A stretch of DNA of 64,000 nucleotides, taken from positions 57,016-121,015 of the forward strand of contig JBKHIT010000006.1 in NCBI GenBank assembly GCA_046538485.1. Direction: 5' to 3'. The notes beneath the pieces were generated by a model. It searched no databases and was not told the DNA's origin. It saw only the letters and a list, made by a program, of their open reading frames with translations. This stretch comes from Candidatus Brocadiia bacterium. Lineage in GTDB: Bacteria; Planctomycetota; Brocadiia; SM23-32. This document shows, piece by piece, positions 1 to 10,100 of this stretch. Position numbers and translations under genes: made by a program. Each line of letters opens with the position of its first letter. Position 1 is the stretch's first letter.

Positions 1-666
1 GATAACCCGCGAAATCATTTCATCGACGATGAGAATTCCGTCGAACTTTTCCTCGGCTACGCCACCGCGCTTCCCCGGTTGAAACACCAGCTGACGCAAG
101 CCGGAATCACCATCGATTCCGAACACCCGCTCTTCATCTACCTGCCCTGCGGCGTGGGCGGCGCACCGGGAGGAATCACATTTGCCGCACGTCACGTCTT
201 CGGAGACGACGCTCACTGCTTCTTTGTGGAACCGGTCGATGCGCCGTGTATGACTCTCGGGCTCCTCTCGGAGCGCCATTTCGATACGTCGATCTACGCT
301 CTCGGATTGGACCTGGAAACAGACGCCGACGGGCTCGCGGTATCCAGACCCTCTCGTTTTGTGGGAAAACTGATGGTTCCCTTGCTGAGCGGATGCTGCA
401 CAATGGAAGATGAAGCGATGTACCGCCACGTCCTGGACCTCTACGAAACCGAAAGCATCGAAGTCGAGCCATCCGCCGCAGCCGGCTGCGTTGTCCCATG
501 GATGCTTTTTGAGACCGATGCGGGCCGTCAGTATCTCGAACAACACACCCTGACGCCGTGTTTGCCGAATACCACACACCTCGTCTGGACGACCGGCGGG
601 CTTTTTGTGCCTCCGAAACAACATCAGCACTTCCGCGACATCGCCCGGAAACAAAAGAAGAGGTAG
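1..666 (+). CDS. dsdA: D-serine ammonia-lyase (D-serine dehydratase), 5'-truncated by the window edge
   Basis: Frame is open from base 1 (DNPRNHFIDDENSVELFLGY). It carries DsdA motifs FIDDENS..LFLGY, LFIYLPCGVGGAPGG, ADGLAVSRPS, EPSAAAG and a C-terminal HLVWTTGG. Confidence 0.9.
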   Translation, partial: DNPRNHFIDDENSVELFLGYATALPRLKHQLTQAGITIDSEHPLFIYLPCGVGGAPGGITFAARHVFGDDAHCFFVEPVDAPCMTLGLLSERHFDTSIYALGLDLETDADGLAVSRPSRFVGKLMVPLLSGCCTMEDEAMYRHVLDLYETESIEVEPSAAAGCVVPWMLFETDAGRQYLEQHTLTPCLPNTTHLVWTTGGLFVPPKQHQHFRDIARKQKKR

Positions 667-750
667 GTATCGACGATCAAGAATAGCATTTTCCGGCATC
701 CGAGTGGTACGCATCTGGCGCCTTTTGCATCGGCCATTGAGAACTTACCT

Positions 751-838
751 GTCATTGCGAGGCAGCGTAGCCCCGGCGATTTCGTTGTTGGGCCAAAAAA
801 CGACGAGATTGCTTCGTCACTGCGTTCCTCGCAATGAC
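751..838. repeat. 88-bp palindromic REP-like element, empty copy (GTCATTGCGAGG...CCTCGCAATGAC)
   Basis: Perfect 12-bp terminal inverted repeat at 751-762/827-838. Inner 14-bp stem at 776-789/799-812 with three G.T pairs. Confidence 0.85.
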
Positions 839-985
839 CGGGTGGCGTCTACCTGCCGTTGGGAGGGGTTAGTATGTCTGTATGAAGTACATTATCCTTA
901 GCCCTTCGGGCTGACGCGTCATTATGAAGTATCCTTCCGTGATTTACGATGACATCGGCGTTGCATTAGCTGTCCACGCTCACAT

Positions 986-1413
986 GTCATTGCGAGGCGT
1001 TCCGCGCAGCGGGACGCTGCGGCAATCTCGCTGTTCCTGTTCAACAAGAAGCAGTAAACCATGGCAAAACCAATGTGGGTATACATTATGACCAACAAAA
1101 GCAATACAACTATCTACACAGGTGTAACGAACAGCCTCCATCGCCGAGTACATGAACATCGCACGGGGAAAGGCAGTAGCTTCACCAAGAGGTATAAGAT
1201 TCGGAAGTTGGTGTATTACGAGTTCTACGAGAAACCGCAACGCGCAATTGAGCGAGAAAAACAAATCAAAGGTGGTTCACGTAAGACTAAGATTCAACTC
1301 ATCGAAACCGTTAATCCGCAATGGGAAGATCTTTACGATGAACAGTCGGCCGACATTACGCCGATTGAAGCAAAACGACGAGATTAATTCGTCACTGCGT
1401 TCCTCGCGACGAC
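986..1413 (+). mobile_element. Putative GIY-YIG-nuclease-carrying palindromic element, filled copy of the 751-838 repeat
   Basis: Left arm GTCATTGCGAGG...GCAATCTCG at 986-1030. Right arm 1372-1415 matches 797-840 at 40 of 44 nt. The nuclease ORF occupies the loop. Mobility is inferred, not shown. Confidence 0.55.
1061..1387 (+). CDS. Stand-alone GIY-YIG nuclease family protein
   Basis: WVYIM...IYTGVT..L.RR..EH, LVYYE, AIEREKQIK and NPQWEDLY are typical of small stand-alone GIY-YIG proteins. Confidence 0.9.
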   Translation: MAKPMWVYIMTNKSNTTIYTGVTNSLHRRVHEHRTGKGSSFTKRYKIRKLVYYEFYEKPQRAIEREKQIKGGSRKTKIQLIETVNPQWEDLYDEQSADITPIEAKRRD

Positions 1414-1468
1414 CGTATATGAGTCACCTGGAGGCAAAGTCAACTGCCAAACCAAAGGAGAAACAACA

Positions 1469-2491
1469 ATGGATCAGAAAGCCCTCGTTTACAAAGGATA
1501 CCCCCCGGATCATTGTTGCTGCGATAGCACTTTGCGGATTCTACCAAACGGCGAATTCGCCGCCTTTTTCATGACCGGCGGCCTGCGAGAACCGGACATG
1601 CGAAATCATATTGCGCTCTGCCGTTCCACCAACCCCGGACTCGCCTGGTCTCACGAACCAGAAATCGTTTTGCAGAGCAACGACCGGGCCTGTCTCCTCT
1701 CCGAAGTTTATGTTGACAACGACCGCATCGTCGTCCAGGTCACCACCCACGATGGAAGTTTTGGGGACTGGCGCAATTTCACCATTGAAAGTCGGGACAA
1801 CGCCGGGACCTGGAGCGAACCAGAACCTTTCGATCCGCTGCCGCAACGCGGATTCGTGCGCAACCGTTATGTCGCTTCCTGGGGCGAGTGGTACCTGCCA
1901 CTTCAACATTATGAAACCCACGGAAATGCGGAGGTCGCCCCCCAGACCGACGGTTCGTTCAAACGCCCCCGCAACGGGGTTCTGATAAGTTCAGACCGGG
2001 GGCAGTCGTGGACAAAATCCGAGACCGTAACCGGTGCGAACGCCTGGTCAGAAAACAATGTCGTCGAACTCTCCGATGGTTCCATGGCCATGCTCATCCG
2101 CTCCGACGGCGCAGGTTGTCTGAAGCGCACGGATTCCGAGGACCGCGGACGCAGCTGGACCCCGCCGCGTCCCACCGGGATCCCGAACCCTGGAAGTAAA
2201 GCGCGTCTCTACCGTTTCAGTGACGGACGCATACTGCTCGTCCACAACCCAAATTCGGAGACATCCCATCCGAACGCCCGCCCGCAGGCCGCCTGTCAGC
2301 GCAATCCGCTTTCAATCTGGATTTCGGACGACGATATGTGCACGTGGGGATATAAACGCGATCTTACAGATTTCCCCGGTATGCTCGCCTACCCCGACGG
2401 CATCCTCGATGAGGAGAACAACATCCTGCACATCGCCTTCGACTACAACCGCCACGACGTTATCTACTGGGGTGCCGAACTTCCGGGCTAA
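1469..2491 (+). CDS. BNR/Asp-box repeat (sialidase-family beta-propeller) protein
   Basis: Asp boxes SRDNAGTW, SSDRGQSW, SEDRGRSW and SDDDMCTW, plus RNPLSIWISDD and a C-terminal YPD. AAGGAG RBS. No obvious signal peptide. Confidence 0.85.
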   Translation: MDQKALVYKGYPPDHCCCDSTLRILPNGEFAAFFMTGGLREPDMRNHIALCRSTNPGLAWSHEPEIVLQSNDRACLLSEVYVDNDRIVVQVTTHDGSFGDWRNFTIESRDNAGTWSEPEPFDPLPQRGFVRNRYVASWGEWYLPLQHYETHGNAEVAPQTDGSFKRPRNGVLISSDRGQSWTKSETVTGANAWSENNVVELSDGSMAMLIRSDGAGCLKRTDSEDRGRSWTPPRPTGIPNPGSKARLYRFSDGRILLVHNPNSETSHPNARPQAACQRNPLSIWISDDDMCTWGYKRDLTDFPGMLAYPDGILDEENNILHIAFDYNRHDVIYWGAELPG

Positions 2492-2793
2492 TTACTTTTT
2501 TGGCGCCAGGTCTCGGATCCCGTCCATAATTTTTCGTCTCAAGGGTACGATTCACCGTATGCCACACTGCAGCAATTGAGGCAGCCCTTCAGACCGCGGC
2601 GGGTTCGTGCAACGACACGTCAAACTTAATAGTCGATGGCACCGTACGCTAAATGGATACGGCCCGTCTATGGCACTATTCGACTTCTGTCCGCCAAACC
2701 AGCGTACGAAATCTATCAGGAAGGCAGTTGTAAGACCCAGAAACATATTAATGTGGGCTAAAAGTCCACCACATATCATATCGAACACCAATG

Positions 2794-2836
2794 CGGGTCT
2801 GACGACTCGGCCCACAAGCTGGAGAGCCTGTGCTAC
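2794..2836 (-). repeat. GTAG-tailed REP-like palindrome (GTAGCACAGGCTCTCCAGCTTGTG on the minus strand), copy 1
   Basis: CACAAGCTGGAGAGCCTGTG hairpin followed by CTAC. 2794-2832 matches 3630-3668 at 34 of 39 nt. Confidence 0.7.
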
Positions 2837-3013
2837 ATGCGTACTTCGTGCCTGTCAGGGGTCTGGCTGCGAGGAGAAAAGTTTTTTGTTCTCCCGTGCA
2901 CTTCTGCAAGATTTGTCCGCCTCAAGTCCAGCAAGATGCCTGCCGGTACTCTGACGGCTGGCTATGCCCGGCCGCGAGGCATCCTGCCCGTACCCGTTCA
3001 TCCGCGGCTACCT

Positions 3014-3319
3014 CTGCGTCGCCCCCTTCGGGGCTTTTATGTTATGGGACCGATCTGACCCGGAGCTTGCGCGCCAAAAGACAGCGCGACCGCGCACCGG
3101 GCTAGCCCTGCACCGCCCACTCGTGGGCTTTGCTTGCCGGGCCGTTAGTCGACCCAAGCGGGTCAGCTCTGCACGGCCCACTTCCTGAGCATCCCTGTGA
3201 TGATTTGAGCCCCTGAGAAGGGGCGATCGCAGACATAGCCCGGGGCGCGCCCGTTGTGCGGGCAAGCCCCGGGACCCGCACGCCTCACATAATTTCCAAA
3301 CCCCGAAGGGGTGACGCAG
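3014..3319. repeat. Inverted pair of about 110-bp composite palindromic repeats (3014-3129 and 3208-3319)
   Basis: CTGCGTCGCCCCCTTCGGGGC...CCCGGAGCTTGC...CCGGGCTA...GGGCT is mirrored by AGCCCC...TAGCCCGG...GCAAGCCCCGGG...CCCCGAAGGGGTGACGCAG. Confidence 0.7.
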
Positions 3320-3521
3320 CACCGCTTTTACTTTCGTCCACAGAGATAAAATGTCCGGCGAAAAATTATAGGAACCTTTTTTCTTGATTTCAGGCTTATC
3401 GGATTGCCGTAGCATCTGAGATTTTCATACCAATTGGAAGCGGCGCCCCCTGTGGGGGATTCGATGGGGCAGACGTGCCTGCCATTTTAAATATCATTGG
3501 TATTGGCATACCCCCTTCCAG

Positions 3522-3546
3522 GTAGTCCACCGCGACTCGCGGTCGG
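3522..3546 (+). repeat. GTAG-tailed REP-like palindrome
   Basis: GTAG at 3522-3525 is followed by a perfect ACCGCGA-C-TCGCGGT palindrome at 3529-3543. Confidence 0.45.
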
Positions 3547-3629
3547 CGGCGGGGTTCATACACGAACCGGGGGTGATACGATTGTCAGGCACACACCCCA
3601 TTCGGTTTCGGATCAAACGGTAACGACTC

Positions 3630-3668
3630 CGGGCCTAACGACCCGGTCCACAGGCTGGAGAGCCTGTG
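3630..3668 (-). repeat. REP-like palindrome, copy 2 of the 2794 element
   Basis: CACAGGCTGGAGAGCCTGTG has a perfect 8-bp stem. It is a direct repeat of 2794-2832 with 5 transitions. Confidence 0.7.
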
Positions 3669-3715
3669 AAATCTGCTATCGGCCGCTACCGTACCCTCAA
3701 AAAGGCGTCGCAGGC

Positions 3716-5680
3716 TCATTTCTTCCCACCCCTCACCCTCAACATCTCCGCAATTGCCCGATCCGCCGCTTCGGCGGCTCTGCATGTTTCGGGACTGCAT
3801 CCCGGTTTCCAGAGTTTCCCGTCGTGCTGGTAAGCCCCGATGTCAGGCTTCTCACCGGAAAATGCCCCCGTGATCCCCGGCACAACTCGTCCGGCGTTCA
3901 CCAGCGGCGAATCCTCCATCGGGCGAAAATCACAGTTTTCAACATTCCGCAGCATGGGATCGCAGCCGCTCAGATTGCAGTTTCGTTTGCCACCGGGCAG
4001 GGCTTCTTCGTGCCAGTTCGGTCGACCGCCTTTGATAACGGCGAAATTATTGTAGGCTTCCGATTTCTGGTTCTGTTCGTCCAGCAGAGGCCATTGTTTT
4101 CGACGCCACGGTTTCTCCGGCTCCGCCGCGCTGTCAAGACGAATATCCCCGAACCCCTGGCCCGTCCCGTTGTCGAAACAGGTGTTATGATGGACCTGAT
4201 TTTCATTCCCTTTGCAAATTATACCTTCCCATCCGCAATCCCAGACGACGTTGTGATGGATCGTCAGGCCGCGTGTCTGGTCATCTCCCCGGATACCCAG
4301 CGCGATGTGAGGCGAATGACAGCTGTGAACCCAGTTGTAGCGGAAAACGGTGCCACGGATCAGCGGCAACTGTGTGTAGAGCAGCGAGACATCCTTGCAA
4401 GCTTTCCCGCCATCGTGGATATGGCAAAGCTCCACCGTGTTCGTCGGCATGTGCCCCACATGAACCAGACAGTTTCCACCGTCAAAAACTTCGCAACGAC
4501 GCACCACGCCGTGGCCTTCACTCTCTTCATCAGACCCTTTCGAAGAAAGCCTGATACCCGCAAAACGCAACGATCCATTCCAGCAAACATCCTGGACCAG
4601 ACAATCTTCCACCAGCGAATGAGCGCCAAGGATCTCCAGACCCGCCATGCTGCTCCGTTTCAGACTGCACCCGCGAATGACATGATCGCGGCCAGTCATA
4701 GTTGTCGCTGTCAGGACATTCAGGGCCTGCGGAGGTCTATCGCCACCGGGGTCGGGGAAAAACCGTCCGAAAGTCGGGTACCGCAGATGGCAATTTTCGA
4801 CAAATCCGTGCGCGCAATCGCGGAATCGGAAGCTCGTACCGAGGAAACAAAAACCCGACAGCTGCACGTGGTCGGCGGTGACGTCGAACGCCAGCGGACG
4901 GCATTTAACCTCGATCTTCACATCGTTTGGGTCGGCGCCTTCAGGTGGCCAGAAATAAAGGATATTAGTCTCCCGATCGAGCACCCACTCGCCCGGTTCG
5001 GTGAGAAATTCCAATTTTCCGAACAGACAATACCGGGGGGCGTTTTCCCCTTCGGGCTGAGGCCACTCGTCCCGCTGTTCCCAGGCCGCCAGTCCCTGGA
5101 GATTCGCGTCGTATCGAAACGTCGCATCGCCCGCTTCGTGCCGGGTAACACGCCGCGACCAGGCATAAAACTGATGCGCGACGCTGAGCCACGCCACCGC
5201 GCCGGTCGCATCGATACCCATCTCTGCCAGTTCCGGATCGGTCACCCACCCGTGTCCCGTCTTCTCGGCTGCAGCCCAGTGTTCACGGTCCACAAGCCGG
5301 TTGGCTCCCGGGCCAGGCCAGCGCGCCTCCGCCATCATTTTCGGTCCCACGAAAAGTTGCTCGAAAGGTTCATCGATTGTCGTCTTCCAGATATCGTCAG
5401 TATGTTTTTCCCATTGGGCGCTAAGCGGTTCGTTCCCGGTCAGGACCACCGTCTCGCCATTGGCAGTCTGGAACCGGATCGGACGCTCCGTTTCGCCGCC
5501 GCCCGAAACCTCGACCGTCTCCCGGTAAAGCCCCTCATGCACAATGCAGGTATCGCCGGGGGTCATGATTTCAGCCGCTTGCTGAATGCGGCTGAAAGGA
5601 TCTTCTTTGGTTCCAGACGCCGCATCGTCGCCCTGCGGAGACACGTAAAAGGTTTTCTGGTCTTTCCCTTCAGAACCCAT
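3716..5680 (-). CDS. Right-handed parallel beta-helix (pectate lyase-like) carbohydrate-active protein
   Basis: N-terminal FYVSPQGDDAASGTKEDPF..IQQAA..MTPGDT..VHEGLYRE, EARWP, LTEPGEW, beta-helix repeats (IRYNWVH, IHHNVVWD) and DFRP..DSP..NAG...PDIGAY. Confidence 0.85.
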   Translation of the reverse strand: MGSEGKDQKTFYVSPQGDDAASGTKEDPFSRIQQAAEIMTPGDTCIVHEGLYRETVEVSGGGETERPIRFQTANGETVVLTGNEPLSAQWEKHTDDIWKTTIDEPFEQLFVGPKMMAEARWPGPGANRLVDREHWAAAEKTGHGWVTDPELAEMGIDATGAVAWLSVAHQFYAWSRRVTRHEAGDATFRYDANLQGLAAWEQRDEWPQPEGENAPRYCLFGKLEFLTEPGEWVLDRETNILYFWPPEGADPNDVKIEVKCRPLAFDVTADHVQLSGFCFLGTSFRFRDCAHGFVENCHLRYPTFGRFFPDPGGDRPPQALNVLTATTMTGRDHVIRGCSLKRSSMAGLEILGAHSLVEDCLVQDVCWNGSLRFAGIRLSSKGSDEESEGHGVVRRCEVFDGGNCLVHVGHMPTNTVELCHIHDGGKACKDVSLLYTQLPLIRGTVFRYNWVHSCHSPHIALGIRGDDQTRGLTIHHNVVWDCGWEGIICKGNENQVHHNTCFDNGTGQGFGDIRLDSAAEPEKPWRRKQWPLLDEQNQKSEAYNNFAVIKGGRPNWHEEALPGGKRNCNLSGCDPMLRNVENCDFRPMEDSPLVNAGRVVPGITGAFSGEKPDIGAYQHDGKLWKPGCSPETCRAAEAADRAIAEMLRVRGGKK

Positions 5681-5772
5681 ATCAGATTTCCCTTCAAAAA
5701 TAACGAAGCGGAACGGACCAGCACCTTAACGGTTCTAATGTGCCCTGTCACGCAGGATTCTCTGCCCAACCT

Positions 5773-5836
5773 CTCCACCAGGTCCACTCAGACCACTGTT
5801 TTTGGGCCGAAGGGACTTAAGGGACAGAAGTGACTT
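5773..5836. repeat. Inverted pair of 9-bp-period tandem arrays (3 x NNCCAC-type, then 3 x AAGGGAC-type), empty configuration
   Basis: CTCCACCAG GTCCACTCA GACCACTGT at 5773-5799, a 10-nt gap, then AAGGGACTT AAGGGACAG AAGTGACTT at 5810-5836. Confidence 0.65.
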
Positions 5837-5889
5837 GGGGTTGTGAGCGTTGTCCTGTTTGCATTGCACCGGAGGGCCCAAAAAACAGC

Positions 5890-5918
5890 TTGACAACCCA
5901 CGGACCGCCGATTATCAT
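5890..5918 (+). promoter_or_regulatory. Sigma70-type promoter for the GntR / glycoside hydrolase unit
   Basis: TTGACA (5890-5895), 17-nt spacer, TATCAT (5913-5918). Confidence 0.7.
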
Positions 5919-5991
5919 CTACCTTAGTTTATTGTGCTCTATCTGTTTGTATACTTTTCGACGGTTTGTTAGGGGGAAGATATCGGGAGCA

Positions 5992-7098
5992 ATGGGTTCA
6001 ATGAACAAGACAAACGAACTCGGTCGAGTCACGCGAGGCGCTGTCGCGGACGCATTGCGTTCGGCAATTGTTGACGGGGAGTTCCCGCCAGGTTGCAAAC
6101 TCCCGCCCCGGGAGAATCTCATCGAGCGTACAGGCGCCAGCCGGCTCACGGTCCAGCGGGGAATTGATCAGCTCAGAGACGAAGGGTTTGTCCGGGCCCA
6201 CCGCGGCGTCGGCACATTCGTCACCGATAACCCGCCCCACCAGTTTCATTTCGGGATCGTCTTCAGCGGTCACCCCGAGCAGGACGGCCAGTGGGACTCC
6301 CGCTACCGGCAGGTCGTCCACCGCGAATCGGTCGCCCTCGCCCGCGAAACCGACCCCCTTCAGGTCCATGTCTTCTACGACGTCTCCCCGGATCCTCCCA
6401 GCGAATCCTATGAGAAACTGCTCGACGATGTCGATGCCAACCGGCTGGCCGGCCTGATATTCCCGACAGCTCCCGAGAAATTCTCCGACAGTCCCCTGCT
6501 GCGAAGCTCAAACGTCACGGTGGTCAGTTTTCAGAGCCGACGTCCCTGGCTGCCCGGAGTCCTGGCCGTGGGACCGGACCAGCATTCTTTTGTCGAACGC
6601 GCCCTGGAACGTCTCGCCGGCGAAAACATCAAATCCACGGCTTTCCTTGTGACACCCGGCTTTCTCACGCAGGTTAATCAAGAAAAAGTCCGTTATCTGA
6701 TTCAAAGTGCCGACCAATACGACATTCAGTGCAGACCCGAATGGGTCCAGTTCGTCAGCCCCCGCGTTCAGTTCGGCGTCACCACCTCCATGCGATTGCT
6801 AATGTCGTCTGATTACCCGGAACGCCCGGAAGGCGTGATCGTTGCCGACGACCATCTCATCACCCCCGCCTGCCGGGGACTCCGCGATGTCGGCCTGACC
6901 GTCGGGCAGGACGTTCAAGTGATTGGATACGCCAATTTCCCGGATCCCAATCCGCCCGACCCTGATGTGATACGCCTGGGGTTCAACATCCGCGCTCTGC
7001 TCAAAGAAGCTCTCAACCTGATGGACAACCAGCGCCGCGGTAAAACCCCCCCGGAGATGTCGCTTGGGAGAGCGGTTTTTGAAGATGAATTACATTGA
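5992..7098 (+). CDS. GntR-family transcriptional regulator with a LacI/periplasmic-binding-protein-like effector domain
   Basis: Winged HTH LRSAIVDGEFPPGCKLPP...SRLTVQRGIDQLRDEGFV...GVGTFV. C-terminal PEGVIVADD and GLTVGQDVQVIG. Start at 5992 (GGGAG RBS) or 6001. The 5830 start of the ORF track overlaps the promoter. Confidence 0.9.
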   Translation: MGSMNKTNELGRVTRGAVADALRSAIVDGEFPPGCKLPPRENLIERTGASRLTVQRGIDQLRDEGFVRAHRGVGTFVTDNPPHQFHFGIVFSGHPEQDGQWDSRYRQVVHRESVALARETDPLQVHVFYDVSPDPPSESYEKLLDDVDANRLAGLIFPTAPEKFSDSPLLRSSNVTVVSFQSRRPWLPGVLAVGPDQHSFVERALERLAGENIKSTAFLVTPGFLTQVNQEKVRYLIQSADQYDIQCRPEWVQFVSPRVQFGVTTSMRLLMSSDYPERPEGVIVADDHLITPACRGLRDVGLTVGQDVQVIGYANFPDPNPPDPDVIRLGFNIRALLKEALNLMDNQRRGKTPPEMSLGRAVFEDELH

Positions 7099-7144
7099 AC
7101 GGTTCACTGTCTCTTTCGTCGCCATCCAGGAGAAAAAGGAACGC

Positions 7145-10100
7145 ATGAAAATCAGAAAAGTTACCATCCCGATCGCTTTGCTTCTCGTTCTCATCGCCGC
7201 GCGCGCAGACGCCCAGACGGCCAAAAAGAAAAAAGAAGCGGTCATCCCCGATTTCAACATCCCCCGAATCCAGAAGAAACCCGCAATCGACGGGCGGATC
7301 CACGAAGATGAATGGAGCCAGGCCGTGCGGCTCACGGGTGTGGTCCAGACGGGCAAGCGGCGTTTCCGGGAACGACCCGTCATTTTCTGGGTCGCATGGG
7401 ACCCGCAGCACCTCTATATCGCCGCCCGATCCGATATCCTCCCGGGCCACCGGCTCTGGAAAGGGAAACGGAAAAAGTACACCACCGGTGTCGTATACGA
7501 CGACTCTTACGAATACGGACTCTACCTCCACGGGCGCAACCGCCAGGAAGGTGAAGCGCTCTCGTTCATGAAATTCATCATCAACTCCCTCGGCGCCGGC
7601 GAGTACATGAAAGTCTATCCGTCCATCGGGCAGAACATGTTCAACTGGCGCCCCACCATGGATATCGCCAACAATATCTACGAAAAGGACGGCAAAAAAT
7701 GGTGGGATCAGGAAATTGCGATGGATCTCGACGACCTGCAGATGCCGCGGAAGCACAAAGCCGGCGACAAGATCGATATGTTGCTGGCCGCTGACCTTAA
7801 GAACCCCGGCTGGCAGTGGCTCGATATCTACTCCGCCTCCGGCCACCTCGAACATCACGGGTTTCCCCGTGGTGTGTTCACGGAAAAGGAGCCGTACGTG
7901 CACGTCCATGAGTTGAGCGGTCTGCACGACAAGAAACTCAATTTCCACATCACAATCCACAACCCGTCCGATAAAGCCCAAAAAGTGAACCTCCGGGCCC
8001 GCGTCGTGCATGGTCCCAAAGGTCAGGTCGGACCCGGCACACCGGCCGAAAAAGAAGAAAACGTCAAAGTTGCCTTCAAAAAGACCGAAACAATCACCGT
8101 GCCTGCCAGCGGCAAGATCGAATTCAAAACCAAAAAAGATCTCTCCGGGCTAAGCTACGACAAACAGAAAAAACAGTGGGCCCAGGGGATCCTCTCCGCT
8201 TTCCATGTCAACATCACTCCGGCCGGCCGACCCGACGCTAAACCGATTTACGAATACAACGTCCTGTTCCGGCCCCGCAAAAAAAGCTACCTGAACGCAA
8301 AACCCCGGACGGTCGATTTCATGACCGGACGGAAGTTCAATCCCGCCCGGAACAAACTGTTCCTCACCGGCGACACTCTCGATGCTAAGATCCCCGAGGG
8401 GACCGAGCCAGCCGCGATGACCTACAGAGTGATGCGCGCCGATGAACCCAAGAAAATCATCGCCGAGGGGCGCTCCGAAACCTATGCCTATTACCGCTAC
8501 GAAAAACTGCTCGACCTCGGCGATCTCAAACCGGGCAAATACAAAGTCCGCCTGGCGCTGATCGACAAAAACGGCAAAGAACTCATCAGCAAGACGGGCA
8601 TGGGTTTCCAGAAAAAGGATGAGGCGAAAGCGTTCGCCAAATGGTGGGACAACGATATCGGGAACACCCACCGACTTTTGAAACCTTTCGAAGCGCTCAC
8701 GGTTGAGTCGGAAAACGGAACCGTCATCTCCCCCACCCGACGCCGCTATCATCTCGATGCCCTCGGGATGCCCCGTCAGATCGAGTCAAACGCCGGGAAC
8801 GTCCTGAGCGCACCCGCCCGGATCGTCCTGCAAATCGACCGCAAAACGGTCCGCGTTCCGACCAATGGCAAACTGACGATAAAAGACAAAAAATCCTGGC
8901 GCGTCGATTTTGAGAGCGAATCGCCGGTCTCCGCAGCTGGAGTCGAATTCTCGGTTACGGGTCACATGGAGCAGGACGGCATGGTCTTCTTGCATCTGAC
9001 CTACGCCCCGGAAGACGACCCTGTCCGAATCGAAAGCCTGCGACTGGAATTTCCGCTCGATGACAGTCTCGGGCTCCACATGGCCTGCATGGGCAAAGGG
9101 AATTATTGTCCCCGCACGATTGGCCGCGTGCCGGACGGCGAGGGTCAGGTCTGGAGCACAAAAGACGATATCGGACTCGGAGGGACCGGAATGACCGTCG
9201 GCAGTTTCATGTCCAATCTGTGGGTTGGAACCGAGAAACGGGGACTGCTCTGGGCCGGCAACACGGATCGCGGCTGGATGCCGAAGAACGAAATCACCGC
9301 CCATGCTCTCGTGCGCGAGGACAATACCGTCATTTTGCGTAACAACATCATCGGCACACCGGAGGACGGGGAACCGTTCGAGCTGACTGAACCCCGCACG
9401 ATCCATTTCGAATACAACGCCTCCCCTTTCCGCAAAATGATCCCCGGATGGCGGATCAATCAGGTTTCATCTGCGAACGGTTTCTTCAGAAAACCGAAAT
9501 ACAAGATCAACTGGGACACCGAAAAAACGTATTTCACCGTCCTCAGCCCGCCCTTCAAAGATACCGGCCGATGGCCGGAATACTGGGCGCATTGCAAAGA
9601 GGTTGCCGAAAAGCAGCTCAGAAGTCTCACCTACAAGATCAGGAACCGTCTCCGCCCGTATCTCAACAACCAGATTGCGCTCCGCGGGTACGGGAAAAAA
9701 TCGCTCGAACCCGGCCCCTACAGCTATTTCGGCGGAGACTGGTCCGGCGATACGCTCTCGAAAACCCAGCGCGATTACTTCATCTGGCTGCAGAACGAAC
9801 ATATCACGAAAGGCGGCGTCACCCATTTCTACTACGACATTTCAATGGTTTCGTTCAAATACACCAACCCCGCGGCCGGGCTCGGATACCGTCTGCCCAA
9901 CGGTCGTCTGCAACCGGAATACGGCGACCAGAACCTGCGGGACTGGTACAGGCGCGTCTGGGCACAGATGCAGGAAACCGGCAACTATCCCGGCGGTGTG
10001 AGCGGACACGCCACAAACTCCATCTGCCTGAAAGCCCTGTCCTTTTCAGACGCCATTCTGGACTCCGAATACCCCATGCAGGATCCGATCGATGTCTTCC

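Noticed and set aside
2636..2761. 41-codon ORF with TIRLLSAKPA..IYQEG resembling the C-terminus of BrnT-type toxins
   Set aside because: The similarity is limited to a few residues, the upstream part does not fit, and no antitoxin gene follows.
3497..5833. 778-aa plus-strand ORF
   Set aside because: It is the antisense shadow of the 654-aa beta-helix gene, has no recognisable motifs, and is explained by GC-rich codon bias. The same applies to other long antisense ORFs such as 7013-8011, 15341-16219, 57081-58088 and 62340-63284.
5830..5991. N-terminal extensions given by the ORF track (also 7064, 14951, 18928, 33604, 56303 and 59521)
   Set aside because: Downstream starts fit better with RBSs, promoter positions or domain and signal-peptide boundaries.
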